A stretch of DNA of 64,000 nucleotides from a virus. The stretch covers positions 32,001 to 96,000 of the IMG/VR virus record IMGVR_UViG_3300042448_000646; one strand, written 5' to 3'. The translations under genes and the position numbers were made by a program. Below are positions 30,101-40,800 of this stretch, piece by piece; position 1 is the first letter of the stretch; the number at the start of each line of letters is the position of its first letter. The notes beneath the pieces were generated by a model. It did not search any database. It worked only from the letters and a program-made list of their open reading frames with translations, and was not told the DNA's origin.

Positions 30101-33100
30101 GCTCAAGAGTTCTTTGATAATGATACAAACCAAGATGCATTAAGTATTGCATATACAGGAGTTGCTAATAAGTTTAGTCCAATTCTTAAAACAGTTGTCT
30201 ATAATGATGTAAATACTTTTAGTACTGAATCTTACGAAGAGTATAAGAAAGTTTATGATACTGATGACAGTTGGGATGCTTTAACTGAGAATGAGAAATC
30301 AGAATTTTCTGCGTACGTAAATAAAAGTGACGAAGAAGCCAATGCTCAAGGAGTAATTACTCTAGACTCTTACCGTAACTATCTACTAGGAATTAATCGT
30401 TGGAGTTCAGAACAGGAACAAGCATATAACAAACAAATAAGACTAGTAAAAATTAATCAAGAGTTAAGGAACAATCCAACAAATGCAGAAGAACTATATA
30501 AAGAGAAGAATGAGATTGTAGAAAACTTTGGCTCTGCGCTATTCCCACCTCTTAAGTTAGGTCACTACGGAGCTATTGTAGAAGACCCTAAGTTAATAGC
30601 ATTACATAAATACTCATTGATTCCTTTGATTCCTAGTGCCATAGAAGGTAAAGCTTTAGAGAAACAACTTGAGTTAATGTATAGGAACAAAATAAATTAC
30701 TATACATTTAAGTCTGGTTCTAAGATGGCTCAGTATGGAGAGTCTATTGATTTCTACAAAGAAGTAACTAACGAGCAAGGAGAAAAAGTACTTGTAGTAA
30801 ATGACGCACTAGGCGAAAATAACGTTACATCTATTCACCTTGAGAACTTAAGAGAACAGCAGTACCAAGCCCCTAAGTTTAAGACTCAGGCTACACTTGC
30901 TACTCAGATGATGAAGTTGGTATTTGGAGACTTCTTTGAGAATGGGGAGATATCTTCTGACTTTAGTGAAGGAACACAAAGACAGATTCAATCTTTGTAC
31001 GATTCATTTAAAAACAATATTAATGACTTAGTTACTTTTGAAACAGTTAAACTAGAAAGAAAGTTAGGAATTAAACGCAATGAAGCTAGAGAAATTGTAG
31101 GAGTAGACCAGTTACAAATGGCTAGGTTCTTTGCAGAAGAGTTAGAGAATAAAGAAGCTCCTGATGCATTACGTAGATTTATTCAAGTAAACGAAGATGG
31201 TACATTCAAGTATCCTCTAGATGCAATCAATAACAGAAATCAACTAGAGAGTCTTGTTCTAAATGTAATTAATAATAAAGTTATTTCTCAGAAAATCAAT
31301 GGGGAAAGTTACATTCAAGTAGCAGGTACAGGATTTGAGGCTAAGCGATACGTTAAACCAACAGCCGAACAGTTAAAAGAGTTTGGAGCTAACGATCTTC
31401 AATTCTATACAAGAGACCCTATTACAGGAGAAACTTTACCTATGGAAGTTAAAGTAGGATTCAATGTTAAAAAACATGGAGGCTTACTCAATCTACAGTA
31501 TGGTAAAGGAAAAGTAGAAACTTTAAAGCAGTTAAATAAAATTCTAGGATCTAAAGCTCCTTTAGATGTTGCTTGGAAAAAGAAGCACATGGATAAGTTA
31601 ACTATGGTAGGGGTTCGTATTCCTGTGCAAGGATTTTCTCAGATGGAGTATGCAATTGTTAAGGAGTTTTTGCCAGAGACTGTTGGAGCAATCATGGTTC
31701 TTCCTGCACAAATCGTGGTTAAGTCAGGAGGAGACTATGACATTGATAAGTTAACTTTCTTTGAAACAGCTTACGACAACAAAGGTGAGACTTATAAGAA
31801 AGAATTCAATATAAAGGACTACGAAAGTAAGTTAGAGAAACAAAAGGAATTAAAGAAAACCAAACAAGAACTTATAGCTTTAACTGAGTTAATAGAAAAA
31901 GAGATTGCTGACAATGACATCTTTAGAGAAAGAGAGTCTCTTAAGAAAGAAATTAATGAAATCCAAAAAGAAATTAAAGAAGCTAAAGAACTCGTAGAAG
32001 ATTTCTTGGATAGTGGCTTCCTAACAAAAGAAGATGCTACTTGGGCAAGAGAAGCTGCTTCTGATAAAGAAGATTTGCAAAGAGCTTTTGCAGACTTAGA
32101 TAGTTTTGATAATGCAAACGATGTTCGTGTATTACAAACTATGTCTTTAATTAAAAATAAACTTAGAGAACTTAGCCAAGAGGTAGCAAGTATAGATGCT
32201 TACAAAAAGAGTTTAAGTAACAACTTAGTAGACACTCTTAAGGGGGTGTTGATGCAAGGAGAGTTATACAATGCATTGATTACCCCAAATACAAATAGTG
32301 TTTTAACTCAGTATACAACTCCAGGAGAAAAGATAAGCACTACCGCTGTGTTCAGTCCTTTAACTTCTTGGAGAATCTATATGGAGAACATTCTTTCTAA
32401 AGATGCACTAGGTATTGATGCTAAGATAAATACGCTTCAGAAAGAATTCCAAAGAGCAGGATTGAAGATTACAGGTAGTTTACTAAAGAAGTATTACTTT
32501 GAGTCTAATAAAGACAGCGAAGGGAATATACTTTTAGGAGGCAAGAAAGATGCACGGGGAGAAAACCGTATCTCTAAGGTATTAAGTGAGTTTATTAATG
32601 GGCACGTAGATATTGCTAAAGAAGATTGGATCATCCTATTAGGATTAGATGCAGAGACTAGCCCATTGGCACACGCAATGATTCTTACAGGAACCCCAGT
32701 AGAACAAGTGTTAGGATTGATTAACTCTCCTATCATTAAAACAGTTTTTCAGTTGGGTAACAGACCAGAGATTCAAAAGAAACTAGATAATATTAGACCT
32801 AATAAAAAGAAAGCAATTCTTGGTTTAATTAAAAATAGACTTACTAAAGTTACAGACCCTGAGGTTAAAGCATTAATTGATGCTGCTCAGTTAGGCATTA
32901 GTAATTTAAAAGTAAAATCTACCAACAGTATTACAGATACTTTCGTAAACAATCTATTAGTAAATCCTAGATTTAACAAACACATAGGCAACTTTAATCC
33001 TAAAGAAAGTTTAAGTGAGGAAGAGGCTGCTATAAGAGATTTAGCATACTTGATGCAGTTCTATGTAGTAGTAAGACAACAGGATAGTTTAAGAGAGTTA

Positions 33101-34723
33101 ACTTCTATGAGTGACTTTAACACTACTAATTATAGAACTTCTTTCCAATCTGAAGAATTATTAACAGCTAGTAGCAAACTAAAGAATAACTTTAACGCAG
33201 AAGCTATTGACTTTATGTTTAAAGACTCTGCCTTAGCACAGTTTAATGTAGGTAATCTTGTTCAACAAACTATGAGACAGATTTATCCTCTATCAGATTC
33301 TAAAGAAGTCCATTCAGATATTTATACCTTTATGGAGAGGAAAGGATTGTTCAAAGAAGAGGAAAAGATGCTAGCGATTCAAAGTTACAAGAACAATATA
33401 CTAGTCCCTTATGTTCTACTAAACGCCCAAACGCCAGAGAAAGGAAACTTACTAGACTACTATAGAGGTAAGAAAGGAATATTTGTAAGAACAACTGCTA
33501 ATAATATGGCAGAAAGATTCCAGAAATTATTACAGAATCCAGAAATGAGAAACAACTTTGTCATGACTAACATCTACATAGATGTAGAGAATCAAGGCAA
33601 AGAGATTGAGTTTAAACTAAAGAACACTGATGTAGATGAGAACAGCAAAAGTTATAGAATTGCTTTCTTAGAAGGTTTAAACAGCCCTAATGCAGAAGTT
33701 AAAAGTTTCTTTGAAGACTTAGGTATGGGTTCTTACTTGCAGTACGCAGGTTCATTTGCATCTGGTCATGTATCTACTATTGTGCCTCACGAAGTTTATG
33801 TGAGCTATACTACAAATGCTTTCAACAAGCTAACAGAACTTAAAGATACCGATAGTCCTAAGTTTGAGGCTTACTTAAGTTTAGTTAGATTCTCTACTAA
33901 AATGGCTCTTGAGACTGCGGGACCTATCAAAGGTTCAAGTACATTCTTTGTAGATAACTATGGGGAGATGGCTAAGACCATTACTGGATTAAGCCCAGAA
34001 GTACTTAAGGTATATAAGAACAGAGAAAACCTCACCTCAGGTAAAGTAGAACCTGTGCAGCAATCTACTGCAGTTAATTCTTTAGTAGAGGCAGGAGTTA
34101 AGCCTACTGATATGGCAGGTAATGCTGCTAAAGATATACAGATGGCTTCTGAGTCTACTCAGTTTATTGGCTTCCAATCAGGAACTGCTACAGTAAGTTC
34201 TACCAATAAATACAAAGAAGCTTGGGGAAATAAAGCAAACACAGGAAACTACACAGCAAATGATGTAGTGATGGTTTCAGGTAGTGGTTTATTTAGGGGA
34301 GTTACTGAAGCTCAGATAAAAGAAACTTTAACTAATCAATACAAACCTTTGTTAGAACAGGCTATTGCTGCTGGTGCTTCTTTTAGAGTAGGTAATCAAT
34401 ATGCTAAAGGAAATCTTTCCGATCAGTTAATTGCTCAGTATCTAAAAACTAAAGGATATCAAGAAGAGAAATTTGATGGGTATTCTAGATGGACTCCTGA
34501 AGTTACTGAAACAAGTCAACAGACTCAAGCAGAAGTTATAGAAAACTTTGAAGAAGATTCTGATGTTACGGATACCAATGTGCCCAATACTCCGACACAG
34601 TTTCCTCCAACGAAAACAGATGCCATTCAACTTACCTTAAAGTTAGACCCTGATCAGAAAGATGATGATAAGGGTAACTTAGATGACTTAGGGTTTGAAG
34701 AAGATACCTGTGAGATAGTTTAA
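27158..34723 (+). CDS. Virion-associated DNA-dependent RNA polymerase (crAss-like single-chain two-barrel RNAP)
   Basis: 2521 aa; GVRIPVQG...LPAQIVVKSGGDYDIDKL (DxDxD at 31733-31747), FPPLK, LHKYS, SGSK, TQMMKL and HVDIAKE motifs of the phi14:2 gp66 type. Confidence 0.92.
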   Translation: MNACSIKGTSYEKEYRQILSEPAMIFVWNANNEQPLDKKKVGNEVIENPLYTALLNHPVTKGERQNALKLVAQSFLPAFTREYTPNEEGDYSLEQVVSYIEKRQKQAQDQREQLKSSINLPTSMAINIPDGVINETARQIFFSEEQGQDIYDTLQYLLGVKKSWDGVYSELVNQRNTILGRVKAGQHFSEDPERLAYNEILVQNFDKIKSWYDSKEGLVGEAELESQFGDSEDWKSKDKSQAQRASSVILGLVTSLPAYRTAIPGEIDFETGEEYQEVTQVQVQSNVTGLPKSGDFQKNWSLLGSTLSGMTNYSDMYEAIESLASRYPQFSYLLSKIPNAKIPGSFKDIRQFLLASEFKRVFSVPEVSSVVVDVTLKEDGKIATTQQLKGFQPVRNAVALYDSQYFSYNQKYLVKGLEGNEVNLEGILEDFQALFNDLGSALAKKVPMQNFLFPTRVDKFVQFLQSVGLGLNNQEYLKSTNVNGTKEFIQANLDKLKTLYEKLKIVSIVNEYLVDDAKIKVDKPLSFLRDTIQDIYVSKGKVRPDVEAALAQAFADNKLRYKGGVPQAIGYLGIKKTEIKPFITFFTQYDAEFRPSSYMNAADKKKFVRGPWFYLTQQTKVINAVGSYDELINIPGFERFDYRKNPDILGSLWLQRMFGLPRTKNAIEASPLATYVRKKDTLGNPIELNIANFDGMEIKNFGAKSGRTTTDQHPNDKIFQDFASFFQSLEMENIRFGDKTSAFTVRASNPILSEKIYVALNAAEMITPTERVEAEKDLTNLFNGYLASEATRIIKLIEETGRGTTYDRLGKNLFIFNDILPEETLNKFKNATSKEEVIAAYTEATSMMSSVLQDYFAQESQKLVDKLLDTFSTSVNIKTGQEVTQAQRLKQTVEKLNKLNLISTQLLPSELRDNPPKITVENLPYLAEIYLKNGFVHNVEFLKMFVGDLSNFNKTNIDAREIFKRIPFTSSPGNVFFWDEAAQEFFDNDTNQDALSIAYTGVANKFSPILKTVVYNDVNTFSTESYEEYKKVYDTDDSWDALTENEKSEFSAYVNKSDEEANAQGVITLDSYRNYLLGINRWSSEQEQAYNKQIRLVKINQELRNNPTNAEELYKEKNEIVENFGSALFPPLKLGHYGAIVEDPKLIALHKYSLIPLIPSAIEGKALEKQLELMYRNKINYYTFKSGSKMAQYGESIDFYKEVTNEQGEKVLVVNDALGENNVTSIHLENLREQQYQAPKFKTQATLATQMMKLVFGDFFENGEISSDFSEGTQRQIQSLYDSFKNNINDLVTFETVKLERKLGIKRNEAREIVGVDQLQMARFFAEELENKEAPDALRRFIQVNEDGTFKYPLDAINNRNQLESLVLNVINNKVISQKINGESYIQVAGTGFEAKRYVKPTAEQLKEFGANDLQFYTRDPITGETLPMEVKVGFNVKKHGGLLNLQYGKGKVETLKQLNKILGSKAPLDVAWKKKHMDKLTMVGVRIPVQGFSQMEYAIVKEFLPETVGAIMVLPAQIVVKSGGDYDIDKLTFFETAYDNKGETYKKEFNIKDYESKLEKQKELKKTKQELIALTELIEKEIADNDIFRERESLKKEINEIQKEIKEAKELVEDFLDSGFLTKEDATWAREAASDKEDLQRAFADLDSFDNANDVRVLQTMSLIKNKLRELSQEVASIDAYKKSLSNNLVDTLKGVLMQGELYNALITPNTNSVLTQYTTPGEKISTTAVFSPLTSWRIYMENILSKDALGIDAKINTLQKEFQRAGLKITGSLLKKYYFESNKDSEGNILLGGKKDARGENRISKVLSEFINGHVDIAKEDWIILLGLDAETSPLAHAMILTGTPVEQVLGLINSPIIKTVFQLGNRPEIQKKLDNIRPNKKKAILGLIKNRLTKVTDPEVKALIDAAQLGISNLKVKSTNSITDTFVNNLLVNPRFNKHIGNFNPKESLSEEEAAIRDLAYLMQFYVVVRQQDSLRELTSMSDFNTTNYRTSFQSEELLTASSKLKNNFNAEAIDFMFKDSALAQFNVGNLVQQTMRQIYPLSDSKEVHSDIYTFMERKGLFKEEEKMLAIQSYKNNILVPYVLLNAQTPEKGNLLDYYRGKKGIFVRTTANNMAERFQKLLQNPEMRNNFVMTNIYIDVENQGKEIEFKLKNTDVDENSKSYRIAFLEGLNSPNAEVKSFFEDLGMGSYLQYAGSFASGHVSTIVPHEVYVSYTTNAFNKLTELKDTDSPKFEAYLSLVRFSTKMALETAGPIKGSSTFFVDNYGEMAKTITGLSPEVLKVYKNRENLTSGKVEPVQQSTAVNSLVEAGVKPTDMAGNAAKDIQMASESTQFIGFQSGTATVSSTNKYKEAWGNKANTGNYTANDVVMVSGSGLFRGVTEAQIKETLTNQYKPLLEQAIAAGASFRVGNQYAKGNLSDQLIAQYLKTKGYQEEKFDGYSRWTPEVTETSQQTQAEVIENFEEDSDVTDTNVPNTPTQFPPTKTDAIQLTLKLDPDQKDDDKGNLDDLGFEEDTCEIV

Positions 34724-34753
34724 CTTACAAAGTGAAGGGGTGCAAGTCTTTAC

Positions 34754-34783
34754 TTGCATTCCTTGTTATTTCGATTAAATTTG
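34754..34783 (+). promoter_or_regulatory. Bacteroidota sigma-A type promoter overlapped by a hairpin
   Basis: TTG(34754)-19 nt-TAAATTTG(34776); hairpin aaggggtgcaagt-cttt-acttgcattcctt (34735-34764). Confidence 0.7.
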
Positions 34784-34809
34784 TATAACTAATAATACAA
34801 CATTCTACA

Positions 34810-37800
34810 ATGTCTTGTTTTGCAAAAATAAAATCTCCACTCAACGGTAAAACTATAACTAGTCCTGCCTACTACCAATTAACATCATTTTTTCCACCTG
34901 CTGAAGGGAGAAGAATATATGAGGCTACTACCACTATTAGTTTTAAAACCGAAATTGGTTTTGATTGGACTAAACGTCAACAAGGATACAGCCCTAAGCT
35001 AAACTTTGCTGGGGAGCCTACTTTAGATCAAATCAATACACACCTTAGACTAAACTTAAACCCACGGGAGATTAGGGCAGGAGAGCAAATGGATGAGGTA
35101 GCAAGTCTAGGTTACTTAAACAAAGGTTATGCTAATCCAAATGCTTTTAACCTAATCACCAATGAGATTAACTTAAACCCCAAGTACAGTTTAATAGAGA
35201 GTGAGGTATTAGCAAGAGACGGCAAGTATTATCTGTCAGTTAAACCAGCTATCTCTGCACAGACCGCCTTAGAGTTTAAGCAGAGCTCAGACAAACGTAG
35301 TACAGAGAGTGACAATATCAAGTTTACAAAAGATTCTGTTGTTGCAGATGCGAATGGAAATCCTATTGTAGTATACAATAATACAAACGAACCTGCAACT
35401 AGATTTACAGAAGGCAGACCTACAGGTTTATTCTTTACTCCGAATGTTGAAATGTTTTCTGAGTATGGTGCTACTAAGTATGGAGCAGTTTTAAATATCA
35501 AAAATCCGTACTACGCTGCTAGTAATGCTATAAGAAAAGAAACAGACATACAAAAGTTAAAAGATGCTGGTTACGATGGTGTTATAACTCATCCTGAATA
35601 TAAATTTGATAGATATATATCTAATATACAAAATGAAGATGCTGCTATAGATGATTATATTAAAAATCAGAATGTCAATGATAATACCAAAGGCAAGGAC
35701 AATAGAGATGCATTAGATTTATCTAAAGCTCTTGAGTTTATTGCTTTTGATTCTAGTCAAGTAAAAGTAATTAATTCGGCAGATAATAAATCTCTTTCAA
35801 CAGCTGCCGCTGCAAAGTCTGTAAAACCTGTAAGTAAAGATTATTTAAGAACAGTAAAGTTTCCTGATATGATTGTTAATAATGTTGCGGATTTTTCCAA
35901 TGCAGGATTAATAGAGTTGATGGATAACTTACTTAAGAACAAAGAGTTACCTCCTTTCCAACATAAGATGTTAGAAAGACTGCGTAATTTAATGAAGATA
36001 AATCCAACACTCAAACTTGCAGTATTCGATGATGCTGAAGTAGACGAAGAGTTCCAAAGGTCTTTTTACGACCCGAAGAGTAACACCATATACATTGGTA
36101 AAACAGTAACATCAGAATTTAATAAAGAGTCATTTGCTCGGGAGTTAATTCACGAAGCAGTACACGCTTACACGATATCAGCTTTAACCAATCCAGTAAC
36201 TGCAGAAGAAATTAAATTTAGACAGGAGATGGAGAAATACATCTCTGAATATAAATCTAAATTTCCTAGACTACAGCACCACTACGGCTTTAAGAATGTT
36301 GAAGAGTTTGTGTCAGAGTATCTCTCTAATCCCTACTTTAGAAACGATCTACAAGAAGCAGAGAGAACAAATAAAGACAAAACATTTGTAGGACGTGTTA
36401 CAGAAAACATAAAGAGATTCTTAAAGAATGTATTAGGTTTAGGAGATACCTTGTTTGATAGAGTTAATCAAACAGTAGATGATTACTTTGACTATCTGGA
36501 TAATCTAGAAGATATGCCAGACTTAGCAGGTGAACATGAACTAAGATTTAACCAACCATATGCAGCACAACCTTTAAACCCACTTAGTGTTAACTTAAGT
36601 CAGTTCCAACAGTATGTTGATAGTACTTTTAATAGTTCTAGTTGGAAACAACTAAGTCAGGGGTTGTCTGAGATTGACCCACGTTTTGCTTCTATTGAAA
36701 GAATCAGAGAAAAATTTGGTAATATATCAAGTGCATCCTTAGCAAGTACTATTAAATCTTCTATTGATTATTTAGTAGCAATAGAGCAGTTAGTAGATAG
36801 AGTTATTAAAGATGTTGACTTACATAGAAATAACTTAGGATATTATAGTTCAGAAGATGCTGTATCAGTGTTTAACCATGCAATACACATAGCTGACTTT
36901 GTTCAAGAACAGATGGCTGCTTACAATCAGTATCTAATGCCTCAGTTGAGGATGGAACAAACAAAGACTGACTTAGATATAAATCCTATAGGAGCTGCAG
37001 AGTTTAGACAAGAACGCAGAAGTCAAGTAGAGAACTTTGATATTGTTTCTCAAGAGTTAATTGCCAAGCTTAAAAACATTTCTGATAGATCAAACAGTTT
37101 GAGAAATGAAGCTAAGTCTTCTATCTTAGCTCCAGTAGCTTCTCAATTAAGTGAGCCTTTTAGATTAATTGCTGCTCAGTTAAAAGAGCCAAACAGTCAG
37201 TTGAATCAAGAGATTGATGCCAAAGAAAAGTTATACAACCAAGCTTTAGCAAACAACCAGACTAAGAAAGCAGCTGATATGTTAAAGGACTTGAGTCAGC
37301 TTAGGATGTTTAGAGATTGGGTTCCTACTCAACAAAACATTATTAAGTTACTTCAAACTGGTATGAACCCTCAATACACGGGTGCTAACTTCTTTACTAT
37401 TTACTTGGGAGTTGCTAACATGACAGGCAGTCCTTTGGTTCAGGTAGTTAAAGAATACTTAGACGTACACTTAACTGAGGCGGGTAACAAGAGTCTTGAG
37501 TATACTAACAGAGCTAAAAAATTATTTGATAAAGTTGAAGCCAGAAATAAAAAGCAAGGTATTCGTTGGACACAAAGTATAGACAACTTTTACAAGAATT
37601 TAACTCGTGAAGTTGATATGGTTTACTATGACGCCAATGGTGTTCGTAAAGTAGTAAAACAACTTGCTTATAATACAAAGTTTAAAGAGGCTGAGTTTAG
37701 AAATGATTTGCAGGAGTTAAAAAGAAATGTAGACTCGGCTAAAAAAGGAGGAGTAGAAGCAGAAATAATAGAGGCTCAAGAAAAATTACAAAAGTTCCTA

Positions 37801-40800
37801 GATGATTACGCAGTACGCCCTTACACAGACGAGTATTACGAAGCAGAAGACTTATTAATTTCAGAAGCTAGAGAAGCTCGTACAGACTTACTAGACCAAC
37901 TAGAAGAACACCAGGCTGTCTTTGGAGATGCAGAGGCTAGTCAAGAAGAAAGAAAGCATAGAACAGAGTTAAGAAGAGCTTATGAAAGACTAGGTTCTAT
38001 TTATAATGAGGATGGTACGGAGAAACCTAAAGGGACTAAGGAAAGAAACATTGCAGATTCTATTATTGCTTACAAGAATAAACGTAAAGCATTAGAAGCC
38101 ATTGAATTTGTAATCCCAGATAAAGTTAAAGTACGTTTTGAGATTGAGAAGAACTCACGTAAACAAAAAGTAGCTGACTTAGAACGTAAAATTAGTATCT
38201 TAAATACAGACATTGCAGATGAGATTGCCCTTGGTCAGGATGTTACTACTAAACAAAATGAGTTAGTAGATATAACAGCACAATTAGAAGTAGCTAAAAA
38301 CGAGTTAAACAAGTGGTTAAACGCTAACACTCGTACTGAGATTGACCCTGAGTTTTTTGAATTACAAAGAAGCATTGCAGATAAAATCAAAAACATCTTC
38401 CTTAAGTATGGAGAAGACCCTTTGTTGAGTGAGGCATATGATGAACTCTTTAATTCAGTTAAAGGGTACAGAGACCAGGATGGTATTATAGTAGGTAGCC
38501 AAATTCAAAGAGGGTTAGGACAAACTATTAGAGACTTAGAGACAAAGATTGAAAAACTTAAAGAGGACGCAGAAGAAAATAGACAGATATCTGACCAAGA
38601 TAAAGAAACTCTAAAAGTTCTATTCAAACAGATCAGCGATATTCAAACTAAAGAAACTACCGAATACTACGTAGAGCAGTACAACAGTGTTGCTCGTGCC
38701 GCTAGGGTAGACTTATATGCAGATGCTCAACAAGTAATAGAGATTAAAGCACTTGCGGAGAAATTAGCAGATCAGTATATTGAGAATGAAGGTTTAGTTG
38801 ATGAAGATTTAGAGCTAGACGATAACTTACCTGTCTTAAATCATCCTTCTGAGTTTGGTACAGATAAACATAGGAATGATCTGGTATCTTCCTATGAGAA
38901 TATGATTACTGAGTTGCGTTTGCAACAAAGAATCAAAGAGAGTGATTGGTATAAAGCAAACCATATCTCCATTAAGAAGAGTTACACGGACAAGAAATCA
39001 GGAAAAAAGATAGTTAAAGTTTACGAAAGACCTATTTATATCTGGAACCGTACTATTCCTCGTAACGCTGCTTATATAAAACAAGAGAATCCAAACTTTG
39101 ATTGGGCAGTACCTAGAGTTAGAGATGAATATAAAAACAAAGATTACAACTTCTTAGGGTCCGCTAGACCTAGACAAACTACAGACAATAAATACACCAA
39201 CGAAGTTTACACTAAATCACTTCAAGACGATAAAGATATTGCTGATGAGATGGTAGGTCTTTACGAGGACATACAAAGAAACCTACCAGTATCACAACGT
39301 CTTGAAGGTTATGTTGTTCCTAACAAGACTAGAGATGCTAAAGAAAATATAACTGATATGTACACCAATCCTTTGGCTAGATTCAAAGGTTGGGTAGATG
39401 GTTGGAAACTTATCTTTAAACCAGGTTTAGCAGGGGAAGATCAGTATGAAGATGAAATATCTAGTTTAGTTGATTCAGAAGACAAACAGAAGATAGCAAA
39501 ATCAAACAGAAAAGTACAGTTAATTAAAACTAGATACAAAGAACCTTTAAATACAAATCAAGTATCTCGTGTATTGGTTCAGTCACTTGCTGAGTATGGT
39601 GCATATGCTTCTGAATTTGCAGGGTTAAAGAAAGCAATGCCTGCAGTATTTGCGGCTAGAGAGGCTGCTTTAGGTACAAACATACCTGATGGAGATGTTC
39701 AGATGCTTGATAACGAGATTCAAAGATTTTTTTATGGAGGCGAAGTAAGCAACACTAGTTTGGGAGATAACCCATACATGAAAGCTACTATGCGTGCTAT
39801 GAGAAGAGTTTTTAGATTTAGTCAGAGTCGAGTATTGTTATTTAACTTTCTACGTGTATTCAAAAACATCTTTAACAACTTTCTTAAAATTGTCTTAAGT
39901 AAAAATAAATATGGGTTAACCCGAAAAGAATTACTTAGAGCGTGGTGGAAAGGCTTAACTATGAGGCGAAGCTTAGTTTCACTCGAGATAGGATCTAAGC
40001 AACATAGTGAGTATGCATTAAAACTAGTTCACTTCAGAGCATTGCCTGCTGCAGATCCAACTAAACTAGCTACAAACGTACACCAGACAAGTATTTATAA
40101 GTATGCTAATGCTGAGAATTTTAGTGGACAGATATTTGGATACATGGAGATGGCTTCTACTCTACCCATCTATGAGGCATTGATTGCTCGTTTAGACGTA
40201 CCTATTGTAATTAACGGTCAACAAACTAGAGTTAATCTAAGTGATGCTTATGAAGTAATTGACGGTATCCTTGTTCCAAAAGAAGGAGTATTTGGATTAG
40301 AGTTAAACGCAATGCGTTCTTTAATAGAAGACAGAAAGCAAATCATATCAACGTTTTTAGCCCAAGAAGGAGTCTCTACTATAGAAAATCTAAGCAGTGC
40401 GCAAAAGACAAAATTAAAAGGACTATTAACCTCAATAGACGTAAAAATTAATAGTTTAGAAAAAGTAAACTCAGTAAAGCAAGAAAAGTTAAGACTAGTA
40501 GAACAACAGTTAAGAGATCAAATTCACGAATTATACACTAGTACTCAAGGTAACTACTACGGAAGGTCTCGTTCTGCTTATGAGAAGAATCTCTTTGCAA
40601 GTGTGGTGATGTCTATGAGACGCTGGTTAGCTCCTAACCTCCAGACAAACTTTGGACAACGTAGACTTTCTTTGTATACAGGTAATCTAGAGGGGGGATT
40701 TTACGCAGAAGGTGGAAAATCCTTACTTAGAAAAATGCGATACTTAGTTGCAGGAGAAAGAATGGACTTGGGAAGTACTGAATTTGAGAAAGAAAAACAT

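Noticed and set aside
22123-35501. Antisense ORFs (e.g. 22123-22692, 29179-29682, 35229-35501; similarly 2958-3416, 46838-47209)
   Set aside because: They lie within long, well-supported genes on the opposite strand and have no recognisable motifs; shadow ORFs.
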